Both the position numbers and the translations under genes were made by a program. A stretch of DNA of 25,679 nucleotides from Candidatus Aenigmatarchaeota archaeon (GTDB lineage Archaea; Aenigmatarchaeota; Aenigmatarchaeia; GW2011-AR5; JAGGXF01): contig JAOZPR010000009.1 of NCBI GenBank assembly GCA_029932645.1, forward strand, positions 1 to 25,679, written 5' to 3'. The notes beneath the pieces are model-generated. The model did no database searches, was not told the origin of the DNA, and was given only the letters and a program-made list of their open reading frames with translations. Positions 19,134 to 25,679 of this stretch are shown here, piece after piece. Every line of letters starts with the position of its first letter. Positions within the stretch are counted from its first letter, which is position 1.

Positions 19134-20000
19134 ATGGAAAAACAAAAGAAGCAAAAGATTTTAGTAAGGTTTGGTGAGATATTCCTCAAAAGTCCTTTTG
19201 TTTTCAGACAAATGAGGAGAAGATTGGTAGAGAACATCAGGAGAGAGCTTAAAAAAAGAATGATAGTCGCTAAGATTTGGTTAGGTGAAGGTAGAGTTAT
19301 TTTGGAGACAGTTGCTAAGGAGGAGAAGAACGTTTCAGATATTTTAAAACACAGTTTTGGTGTTGCATCTTTCTCTATTGTTCATGAGTGCAATCCTGAG
19401 ATAGGTGAGATAAAAAACACAGCCAAAAAGATAGCAGCCAAATGGAAAAAAGGAGATAGCTTTGCTGTGCGTACAAGGAGAGCAGACAAATCTTTTGGCT
19501 ACTCGAGCCAGCAGGTAAACGAAATCACAGGTTCTTTAATTTCCAGCTTGGGGTATAAAGTTAATCTTTCTGCTCCGGATAACGTCCTTTATATAGAAAT
19601 CGGAAAAACGGTTTTTCTTTTCGACAACAAAATTCCCGGGCCTGGTGGGCTCCCACTAGCCAAGTCATGTGTATTTTCGTCTCTTAGGACAAAAGAGGAT
19701 TTGCTTGCTACATGGCTTGTAATGAAAAGGGGGCTTAAACCAGTTCTAGATAGCTCATCAAAAAAGAAATTGGTCAAAATCTTAGAAAAGTGGGCTGTTG
19801 GGCATTGCTTCTCTTTTGTTGACAAATCTATCGCAACACTATCTAAAAATAAAACAAAGAATAAGATAAAAGCATTGATAGTTTCCAACAGTGATATCAA
19901 AAAGACAGATAAGCTAAGAAAAAGTTTTCTGGTTCTAACGCCGCTCGCAGGGATGCAAGCAAAAGAAATCAAAGAGAAGATAAAGTACTTATATAGATAA
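19134..20000 (+). CDS. thiI: ThiI-like THUMP domain protein with degenerate PP-loop
   Basis: ILVRFGEIFLKS, SFGVASFS, SFAVRTRRADKSF..SSQQVN...G, KVNLSAPD, GPGGLPL and ATWLVMKRG all match ThiI; the SGGxDS motif is absent. Confidence 0.8.
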   Translation: MEKQKKQKILVRFGEIFLKSPFVFRQMRRRLVENIRRELKKRMIVAKIWLGEGRVILETVAKEEKNVSDILKHSFGVASFSIVHECNPEIGEIKNTAKKIAAKWKKGDSFAVRTRRADKSFGYSSQQVNEITGSLISSLGYKVNLSAPDNVLYIEIGKTVFLFDNKIPGPGGLPLAKSCVFSSLRTKEDLLATWLVMKRGLKPVLDSSSKKKLVKILEKWAVGHCFSFVDKSIATLSKNKTKNKIKALIVSNSDIKKTDKLRKSFLVLTPLAGMQAKEIKEKIKYLYR

Positions 20001-20046
20001 AATTAGAATTAATTATAACGAAAGATGAGAATGGAGGAGAGTAATT

Positions 20047-20247
20047 ATGGCTAAGAAAACTAGAAGAAGTCCTTATGACTTAAATCTAGACTATAGAACG
20101 ACTAGGGAGTTGGAGAATGCAATAATTTGGTGTATAGTTATTTTATTGTCAGCAATAATTACAGAAGATTCGTTGTTCTTTCTGACTAAGATGTTACCGT
20201 TGCTGATAGCAGGGGCAGCCGGTACAATCTTGGTAAATGCAAAATGA
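20047..20247 (+). CDS. Small two-TM membrane protein (66 aa)
   Basis: GGAGGAG SD, basic N-terminus, two hydrophobic segments. Confidence 0.6.
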   Translation: MAKKTRRSPYDLNLDYRTTRELENAIIWCIVILLSAIITEDSLFFLTKMLPLLIAGAAGTILVNAK

Positions 20248-20297
20248 GTGAAATAAGGCCAAGCAGCCTTTAGTGATTAGACCGCATCATTTACTTT

Positions 20298-21230
20298 TTA
20301 ATCCTTCTTAGTATTTTTTAGTCTTTCTAGCAGTTCGCAAGCTTTGCATATTTCTTGGTTTGTCGGTTCGCCGCATTTTTTGCAATGACCGAGTTTGCCC
20401 TTTTTCTGGATTGCCAGCTTTTTGATTATCGCGTCATAGAATTTCACTATCTGTATTTTTGTCCCTGGATATTTCTCTTCAAGGTCGTTTATTAGTTTCC
20501 TCACGTCTCTTCTTACATTATCATGAGAATAAGGGCATTCCTTACTACAAAAAGGAAGACTATTCGTAGCAGCATAGAGATATAGTTCTTTCTCATGTAT
20601 CTGCCTCAACGGCTTTATTCTTGGAACGAACTTTTTATCTCTTATCACACCTGGTATAGGACCTAGCCTTTCAAACCTTTTTAGGTCACACCTTATCACA
20701 TTCATTATGATTGCCTGTGCCTCGTCATCAAGATTATGTGCAACTGCCAATTTTGTTGCGCCAAGTTCTCGTGCTTTTTTATTCAGCAGATACCTTTTGA
20801 ACACACCGCAATAGGTGCAGGTCTTGCTTGTTTTTTTAGCCACCTTATCTATTGTTATTCCAAGTTCTTTTTTGAATGAGGTTTTGTACAGTTTGATACC
20901 AAGCTTTTTGCAAAGCTTTTCAGCCTCTTTTATGCATTCTTTTCTATAATTACCGATTCCTTCATCGATTATCAATGCGAATATCTTCAGGTCTCTTCTT
21001 TGCCTGAAAACCTTCCAGAACAAGTATAATAAACTGCTGCTGTCCTTTCCGCCGGACAAGGCGATGCATATCTTATCATTTTTCTTAATCAAGTGGTTTT
21101 TACCAGTTGTCTTCTTGAAACTTTTTTCTATCTGCTTGCTAAGGCAGTGGTCGCAATAGTATCTGCCCTCATACCTTCTCAGTAATATGGCTGGTCTTCC
21201 ACACGCACATTTTTTAGTCAAGTCTCTCAC
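20298..21230 (-). CDS. ncsA: tRNA 2-thiolation protein, NcsA/TtuA/Ctu1 family
   Basis: N-terminal Zn motif (CAC...CDHC), PP-loop ALSGGKDS, CTYCGVFKR, AHNLDDEAQ, PRIKPL, CPYS, C-terminal CKKCGEP...CKAC. Confidence 0.92.
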   Translation of the reverse strand: MRDLTKKCACGRPAILLRRYEGRYYCDHCLSKQIEKSFKKTTGKNHLIKKNDKICIALSGGKDSSSLLYLFWKVFRQRRDLKIFALIIDEGIGNYRKECIKEAEKLCKKLGIKLYKTSFKKELGITIDKVAKKTSKTCTYCGVFKRYLLNKKARELGATKLAVAHNLDDEAQAIIMNVIRCDLKRFERLGPIPGVIRDKKFVPRIKPLRQIHEKELYLYAATNSLPFCSKECPYSHDNVRRDVRKLINDLEEKYPGTKIQIVKFYDAIIKKLAIQKKGKLGHCKKCGEPTNQEICKACELLERLKNTKKD

Positions 21231-21239
21231 CAGATTAGT

Positions 21240-21440
21240 TCAATCACCAGAAACAATGATTATGATCTCCAGCTTGTCTTTCGTTCCGACATATTCCTCT
21301 TCTGTTACTATTTTTCCATTCAACTTACAGACGACATTCTCCCGATTAAGGCCGAGCTTTTTGAGTATTTTTAATATCTTTTCTTTCCGATTTAGTTTCA
21401 GTTTTTCAGTCTTTTTGCCTATTTTGACTGTTAGAAGCAT
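21240..21440 (-). CDS. Ubiquitin-like ThiS/MoaD/SAMP sulfur-carrier homolog with atypical C-terminus (-SGD)
   Basis: Beta-grasp pattern 'KILKKLGLNRENVVCKLNGKIV......KDKLEIIIIVSG'; immediately upstream of ncsA. ATG 21440 chosen over GTG 21449 because of the GAGTGA SD-like motif. Confidence 0.85.
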   Translation of the reverse strand: MLLTVKIGKKTEKLKLNRKEKILKILKKLGLNRENVVCKLNGKIVTEEEYVGTKDKLEIIIIVSGD

Positions 21441-21499
21441 AGCAATCACTCTTAAAACACTTTTAAAAATTAGTGGATAAATCTTTTTAAGTGTCGTGC

Positions 21500-21609
21500 G
21501 CCGAGATGACAGAGTCAGGTCAAAACGATATTAAAAACGAGATTAAATGTGCTCGCCTCGAGAGCGAGTGAGCCTTGTGCTCGCGCAGGTTCAAATCCTG
21601 CTCTCGGCG
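21500..21609 (+). tRNA. tRNA-Ser(CGA) with a 23-nt D-loop intron (21524-21546)
   Basis: Acceptor GCCGAGA/TCTCGGC+G; anticodon arm CTCGC-CT-CGA-GA-GCGAG; long variable arm; T-arm GCAGG-TTCAAAT-CCTGC. BHB-like GGTC-AAA...GATT-AAA; the spliced D-arm is ACA-GAGTCAGGTCAAA-TGT. Confidence 0.93.
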
Positions 21610-21676
21610 TATTTTAGGCTTTCTGCACCTTGCAGTCTAAGACTTTTAAATCTTTCACAACACATAATTTCTTTGT

Positions 21677-21938
21677 GCTGGGATAGCCAAGTCACTGGCC
21701 TTTCTCTTTGCAAAGAGAACGCCTTTTTGGCAAACTTAGGTGTGCTCTCGCAAATATTATTAGGAAAGGCTGCTTGAAAGGTTCACGGCGCTGGCCTTGA
21801 GTTTCAATGATGACACGGCTTGACTCTGATTTCGGCGGAGATGACGAGTTACTTAGTTCAGAGAAATGAGAAAGCCAGTGTGCCATGTTCGTACAAAAAC
21901 GGTGGAAGCACGCGGGGGTTCGAATCCCTCTCCCAGCG
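21677..21938 (+). tRNA. tRNA-Ser(UGA) with three introns: D-loop 21694-21778 (85 nt), anticodon 37/38 21802-21872 (71 nt), variable arm 21889-21907 (19 nt)
   Basis: Acceptor GCTGGGA/TCCCAGC+G; anticodon stem CTGGC/GCCAG with CT-TGA-G|A; T-arm GGGGG-TTCGAAT-CCCTC. Each intron is bounded by a BHB (CAAG-TCA/CTTG-AAA; CTTG-AGT/TGAG-AAA; CCAT-GTT/GTGG-AAG). Removing them gives an 87-nt tRNA collinear with the neighbouring tRNA-Ser(CGA). Confidence 0.9.
21802..21872 (+). ncRNA. Box C/D guide RNA encoded in the tRNA-Ser(UGA) anticodon intron
   Basis: Box C ATGATGA 21807-13, 12-nt guide, D' CTGA 21826-29, C' ATGACGA 21841-47, 11-nt guide, D CAGA 21859-62, terminal stem TTTC/GAAA. Confidence 0.8.
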
Positions 21939-22078
21939 TTTTCCTGCAACAACGCATTACGTCAACGCATTACGTGCGTAATGTCCCTATTTTTCTGTGT
22001 TTTGAAACAAACCAAAAGCTTTATAAGTACGCCTAAAGTAAAAAATTAATTAGTGTAATCTTCAAAGGAGGTTTAGAG

Positions 22079-22717
22079 ATGTCGTTTCAATTGCAGCTAG
22101 TATCATCGTTGGTTGACATAGGCAACATGTTCATAAACTTCATACCCAGCCTAATAGGTGCGTTGATAATAGCATTGATCGGTTTGTTCATCGGAAAGTT
22201 GCTAGGAAAAGCAGTGAAACACATATTAGAGAAAGCAAGACTTGACTACTATATATCTGAAACAGAAAAACCGACAGTGAGCCTAACTGACATATTCTCG
22301 CTGATCACCAGATGGTGGATTTATTTAATCTTCTTGACACAGGCCATCAATATTCTGGGACTTAACATACTAGTAACCACAATGGGCAGAATCAACGAGT
22401 TTATACCTAGTGTAATAGGTGCAACATTGATATTGGTCGTCGGTTATGTAGTAGCAGAGTACATAAAAGAACAGATAAAGAAGCATAAGACAATATACGC
22501 CAGTATCGTAGGAAAGATGATATTCTTCTTTATCATGCTGGTGACAATCGCTTTGGCTTTACCAGTGTTAGGAATATCTGCAGGGCTACTCAACAACATA
22601 TTAGTGTTACTAGTCGCTTCAGTGGCTATAGGAATTGCAATAGCTTTAGGCTTGGGTCTGAAAGATGCAGTATCAGAGATTTCCAAGGCTTATGTCAAAA
22701 AGTACAAAGTTAAGTAA
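22079..22717 (+). CDS. Membrane protein with conserved TM-helix repeats (MscS/CmpX-related)
   Basis: Two repeats 'FIPSLIGALIIALIGLFIGK' and 'FIPSVIGATLILVVGYVVAE'; ends 'AIALGLGLKDAVS'; GGAGG SD. Confidence 0.85.
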   Translation: MSFQLQLVSSLVDIGNMFINFIPSLIGALIIALIGLFIGKLLGKAVKHILEKARLDYYISETEKPTVSLTDIFSLITRWWIYLIFLTQAINILGLNILVTTMGRINEFIPSVIGATLILVVGYVVAEYIKEQIKKHKTIYASIVGKMIFFFIMLVTIALALPVLGISAGLLNNILVLLVASVAIGIAIALGLGLKDAVSEISKAYVKKYKVK

Positions 22718-22788
22718 GACTAGGGCTGTTTCAGAGGCCCTTTTTCTTTTAATTTTAAATCTTTTTCTTTTTGATAATTCATAGAGAT

Positions 22789-22912
22789 GCGATGGTAGTC
22801 TAGAAACCTTTTTCCAGCTTCGCTGCAAAAGCGTTTACGGAAAAGGTTGGATAATCTGGTAGGACACTACCCTGCCACGGTAGCGACCCGGGTTCAAATC
22901 CCGGCCATCGCA
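22789..22912 (+). tRNA. tRNA-Gly(GCC) with a 51-nt D-loop intron (22804-22854, position ~15/16)
   Basis: Acceptor GCGATGG/CCATCGC+A; anticodon arm CTACC-CT-GCC-AC-GGTAG; T-arm CCGGG-TTCAAAT-CCCGG. Relaxed BHB GTCT-AGA/GGAT-AAT closed by AACCTTTT/AAAAGGTT; spliced length 73 nt. Confidence 0.93.
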
Positions 22913-22967
22913 TTGGCGTTTTCTAAATCTATTTAAGTTTTCCCTGAAAACTATAGTTAGTGATGAT

Positions 22968-23534
22968 ATGTTTTTTGAAAAAAAGAGAGATGTTGACATA
23001 CAAGAGCTCAAAAGAGCTATAGATGAAGACAAGACCTTCCGTGCCACCCCAGCTGAGAAACCAGTTTCAATGCCCGAGACCACTATGCCTTTGGACACAT
23101 TTACTGAGCCTGTTCAGAAACCAGCAAGGCCGCCAGCAGAACAGCCAGCAAAACCGATAGCACCAAAGACAGCTATGCGAACCATGAGAGATGCAAAACC
23201 ATCTGCACCGCTATTTGTCAAGGTGGATAAATACAGGGAGGCCTTGATGAACCTGCAGGAGATTAAATCTTTACTATCCGGCACAAAGCAGCTGTTCACC
23301 ATACTCAATGACATAGAAACAATCCGAACAGAGACTCTGAAATTGTTGCGGGCAACACTTCAGCGGACTGAGCGCAACGTTGTCGAGCTCGATTCAGGTT
23401 TATTGAGACCGTCAAATCTTCCGGAAATGCCCAGCTCAGAACATGCTATCAAAACAGCGCATACAGAAGAGGCTTTGTCAGACCTTCAAGAGCAGGTAAA
23501 TTCTTTGAAGAAAGAGCTCAAAAAGTTCGAGTAA
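22968..23534 (+). CDS. Hypothetical protein (Pro-rich linker plus coiled-coil domain)
   Basis: 188 aa; fills the space between two tRNA genes; 'PLFVKVDKY' followed by amphipathic helices. Confidence 0.75.
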   Translation: MFFEKKRDVDIQELKRAIDEDKTFRATPAEKPVSMPETTMPLDTFTEPVQKPARPPAEQPAKPIAPKTAMRTMRDAKPSAPLFVKVDKYREALMNLQEIKSLLSGTKQLFTILNDIETIRTETLKLLRATLQRTERNVVELDSGLLRPSNLPEMPSSEHAIKTAHTEEALSDLQEQVNSLKKELKKFE

Positions 23535-23582
23535 GTCTTAGAAAGTTTTTAAATATTTCCCCTTCTGTTTATTTCAATAAGT

Positions 23583-23743
23583 GCAGAGGTAGCCAAGTCT
23601 GGTCAAAGGCGTAGGACTCAAGTAAACTTTTAGAAAAAGTTTAATCAAAATATTACTTGAGTTTTGAGTTTTGCACCGCAAAACCATGATAAGAGAAATC
23701 CTATCCATTAGTTGGTTCGTCGGTTCGAATCCGGCCCTCTGCA
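23583..23743 (+). tRNA. tRNA-Leu(CAA) with a 75-nt canonical 37/38 intron (23623-23697)
   Basis: Acceptor GCAGAGG/CCTCTGC+A; D-arm GCC-AAGTCTGGTCAAA-GGC; anticodon stem TAGGA/TCCTA with CT-CAA-G|A; variable arm; T-arm GTCGG-TTCGAAT-CCGGC; spliced length 86 nt. Confidence 0.93.
23653..23692 (+). ncRNA. Intron-encoded single C'/D'-type guide element antisense to its own pre-tRNA anticodon
   Basis: Guide TTACTTGAGTT (23653-63) pairs with 23615-25. D'-like TTGA at 23664-67, stem GTTTTGC/GCAAAAC, C'-like ATGATAA at 23686-92. Confidence 0.65.
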
Positions 23744-23777
23744 TGATTTTTATTCTTTCCGCCAGATATTATTCATT

Positions 23778-23829
23778 ACCCCGATGATGACGTTTGGCAT
23801 GATTTCATGTCACGGGCGGGCTGAGGGGT
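23778..23829 (+). ncRNA. Free-standing box C/D sRNA, predicted guide for 16S rRNA Cm1402 (E. coli numbering)
   Basis: Terminal stem ACCCC/GGGGT, box C ATGATGA 23784-90, box D CTGA 23821-24. The D guide ACGGGCGG is complementary to the universally conserved 16S CCGCCCGT. Confidence 0.82.
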
Positions 23830-23837
23830 TTCTATGC

Positions 23838-24845
23838 TCAATTAATCTTATACCTTAGAAAAGCAGCAAAGCCGCCCATACTGAGAAGTCTTTTGCCTGA
23901 CTCATGCTCTGTAGATATGATTTTAACCAGAGCGCCCATTTGCTCTGCTTTTTTCATTACTTCCTCATTGTCCCTAACCATTGTGTCGCTTATCAGTAGC
24001 GTTTCAACAGCGCCCATTTCAACAGCTTTTTTCACTTCTTCCCTACCATAAGCAACGTTGCCCTCTTTTCCAAGCTCCTCAAAGATTTTTTCAACGAGCC
24101 GCGTTTCATCGCTGATTCTGGAGTCTTTCAAAATCTTGTCAACAATACCGCGCTTAAGAACCTCTTGCACGCCTGTCCTGCCTGTGTGCGCGAGGCTGTC
24201 TGTGAATACCTTACCGCTTAATTCTTTCTCGCTTTTGACGAGTTTCATTATATTATCTTTAGTAAAGCCAGGGCCAGCGATGATTATTTTTTCTGCGCCT
24301 CTTTTGAGCGCCTCTTTCAGATATCTAATAACTTCCCTGTAATAAGGGCTTTTGTCCTGCTCACCAAGGCTCTTGCCTGTAATCCCTCTTATGCTCGCAT
24401 CATGGCTGAGCCTGTTTGTGAGCGTTGCGAAATCAGCACTCTCGTCGTCCAGCACACATATGAGTATTTTGGGTTGCCTTTTTTGGGCTGTGGCCAACTG
24501 GTCCAGATGATATTTGTGCCAGTCCTTTTCTATTGTCACCAATCCACCGACTTCTATCTCAAAACTATGATGCGCATGCGGCACGCCTTCTGATGCTTCG
24601 ACGATTTTTCCGCCAGCGCGCAGTATGCCATCAGTAAATTCCACCTTCTCGACAGCGATTTTTGCAAATATTTTCTTCTTGACCTTTTCCCGCTTGTCAC
24701 CGCGCTCCACCACGATCGAGCGAACAGTCTTCCCACTAACAGAATCACCTGGCTGTATGATTTTTTCGAGCAGCCACAGGTCATCTTCTGTTTCCGGCTT
24801 CACCACGAGCTTGTTGTGGCGCAGATCTTTTTTGATGATTTTCAT
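23838..24845 (-). CDS. pelA: Archaeal pelota (Dom34/eRF1-like ribosome rescue factor)
   Basis: PETEDDLWLL..IIQPGD.V.GKTVR, HHSFEI, IIIAGPGFTK, GVQEVLKRG, VAYG..EV.KAVEMGAVETLLISD, HESG..L..MGGFAAFLRY. Confidence 0.95.
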   Translation of the reverse strand: MKIIKKDLRHNKLVVKPETEDDLWLLEKIIQPGDSVSGKTVRSIVVERGDKREKVKKKIFAKIAVEKVEFTDGILRAGGKIVEASEGVPHAHHSFEIEVGGLVTIEKDWHKYHLDQLATAQKRQPKILICVLDDESADFATLTNRLSHDASIRGITGKSLGEQDKSPYYREVIRYLKEALKRGAEKIIIAGPGFTKDNIMKLVKSEKELSGKVFTDSLAHTGRTGVQEVLKRGIVDKILKDSRISDETRLVEKIFEELGKEGNVAYGREEVKKAVEMGAVETLLISDTMVRDNEEVMKKAEQMGALVKIISTEHESGKRLLSMGGFAAFLRYKIN

Positions 24846-24919
24846 CTTGATACACTTCTATTATTTTATTCATTTTGGTCTTCCAATTCTACTCTTGAGA
24901 CACCAGTCAACCTCGTTCT

Positions 24920-25678
24920 TCAATCTTTCAGATAATTCTTATACTCTTTTATATATCTTCTGAAAAACCATTGTAAGAATATAATTTCACTCCTTTTAAT
25001 TTGAGACCTTTCTAGAGCATTGTAATAACTTGTTCTATTTTCATAAGGGATATTGAGCATAGGATAACCATGTTTGTGCAGAACAAAATTCATCATAATT
25101 CTTGATATACGCCCATTGCCGTCTGTAAAAGGGTGTATCGTCACGAATTTTAAATGTGTTAGAGCTGCCAATTCAACAGGGTTTGTTTTGTCCTTGCTTT
25201 TATTATACCACTTGAAAAATTCTCTAATTAGAGGATAAATTTCAGCAGGGAACGGCGGCATGAATTTGCTGCCAGAGATTTTTACTTGATGAGATCTTAT
25301 CTTTCCAGCTATGTCTGGTTTTGATAGTCCGAATAGTTTTTTATGCCAGTATAACACAATCTGCAAGGACAGCTCTTTTTTATATTTCAACACCTCGTCA
25401 AAAATTTTTTTATGGGCCTTTGCCTCTTCAACATCCTGCAGAGATTTATCTTTTGGGGTGGTGTCCCTCTCGAGTAAATTTGCCGTTTCTCTTAGTGTTA
25501 ACTTCGAGCCTTCAATTCTTTGCGTGTCATATGTAAACCTGATTGCAAAAATTTCTTTTTCCTTTTCTTTGGCAGATCTCGGCATATTTTTCGTTTCTTT
25601 AGAATAATTTCTCTTTATTTTTTCAACTGTTGAATACCATTTTTCTTTGTAAATCTCATAAATGAACTGCTTTTTTAT
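24920..25678 (-). CDS. Fic (Fido) domain protein; 5' end probably beyond the window
   Basis: Canonical HPFTDGNGRISR motif and TYDTQRIEGSKLT. ORF track starts at 25585 but the frame stays open to the window edge. Confidence 0.9.
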   Translation of the reverse strand: MKKQFIYEIYKEKWYSTVEKIKRNYSKETKNMPRSAKEKEKEIFAIRFTYDTQRIEGSKLTLRETANLLERDTTPKDKSLQDVEEAKAHKKIFDEVLKYKKELSLQIVLYWHKKLFGLSKPDIAGKIRSHQVKISGSKFMPPFPAEIYPLIREFFKWYNKSKDKTNPVELAALTHLKFVTIHPFTDGNGRISRIMMNFVLHKHGYPMLNIPYENRTSYYNALERSQIKRSEIIFLQWFFRRYIKEYKNYLKD

Positions 25679-25679
25679 G

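Noticed and set aside
21791..21878. tRNA with TGA as a selenocysteine or opal suppressor tRNA
   Set aside because: Anticodon UGA reads the serine codon UCA; tRNA-Sec has anticodon UCA. The body matches the neighbouring tRNA-Ser.
21677..21938. Split or permuted tRNA halves
   Set aside because: All exons are collinear and joined by cis BHB introns.
21547..23098. ORFs 21547..21777, 21692..21952 and 22835..23098
   Set aside because: They overlap well-supported tRNA genes and have no protein-like features.
24874..24887. TTTGGTCTTCCAAT upstream of pelota as another operator site
   Set aside because: The spacer is 4 rather than 5 nt, one arm is imperfect and there is no phased partner.
24920..25679. 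Fic gene as the edge of a mobile element
   Set aside because: No integrase, att duplication of a tRNA 3' end or terminal repeat is visible in the window.

Overview
Archaeal chromosomal window, most likely a DPANN-type lineage (inferred from BRE/TATA promoters, BHB-intron tRNAs without encoded CCA, aPelota, NcsA/TtuA with a ubiquitin-like sulfur carrier, and dense N-glycosylation sequons). The left part (1-18.9 kb) is a cell-surface locus. It holds a 5'-truncated repetitive glycoprotein of >2500 aa, two membrane-anchored Ig-like proteins, a MoxR/DUF58/VWA chaperone set, a wHTH regulator and two tandem paralogous secreted subunits sharing a 369-bp identical block. A repeated TTTGG-N5-CCAAA palindrome marks this locus, and a candidate ~85-nt sRNA between the paralogs is antisense to the ribosome-binding regions of both paralogs and the regulator. 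The right part (19-25.7 kb) holds tRNA-thiolation genes with degenerate catalytic motifs and four tRNA genes carrying six BHB introns; tRNA-Ser(UGA) alone has three. Two anticodon introns appear to encode box C/D guides: a full C/D-C'/D' RNA in tRNA-Ser(UGA), and a single K-turn guide in tRNA-Leu(CAA) whose D+5 position falls on the wobble C34 of its own pre-tRNA. A free-standing C/D sRNA predicted to guide 16S Cm1402 follows, then pelota and a 5'-truncated Fic gene. All calls were made by eye; no database searches were run.
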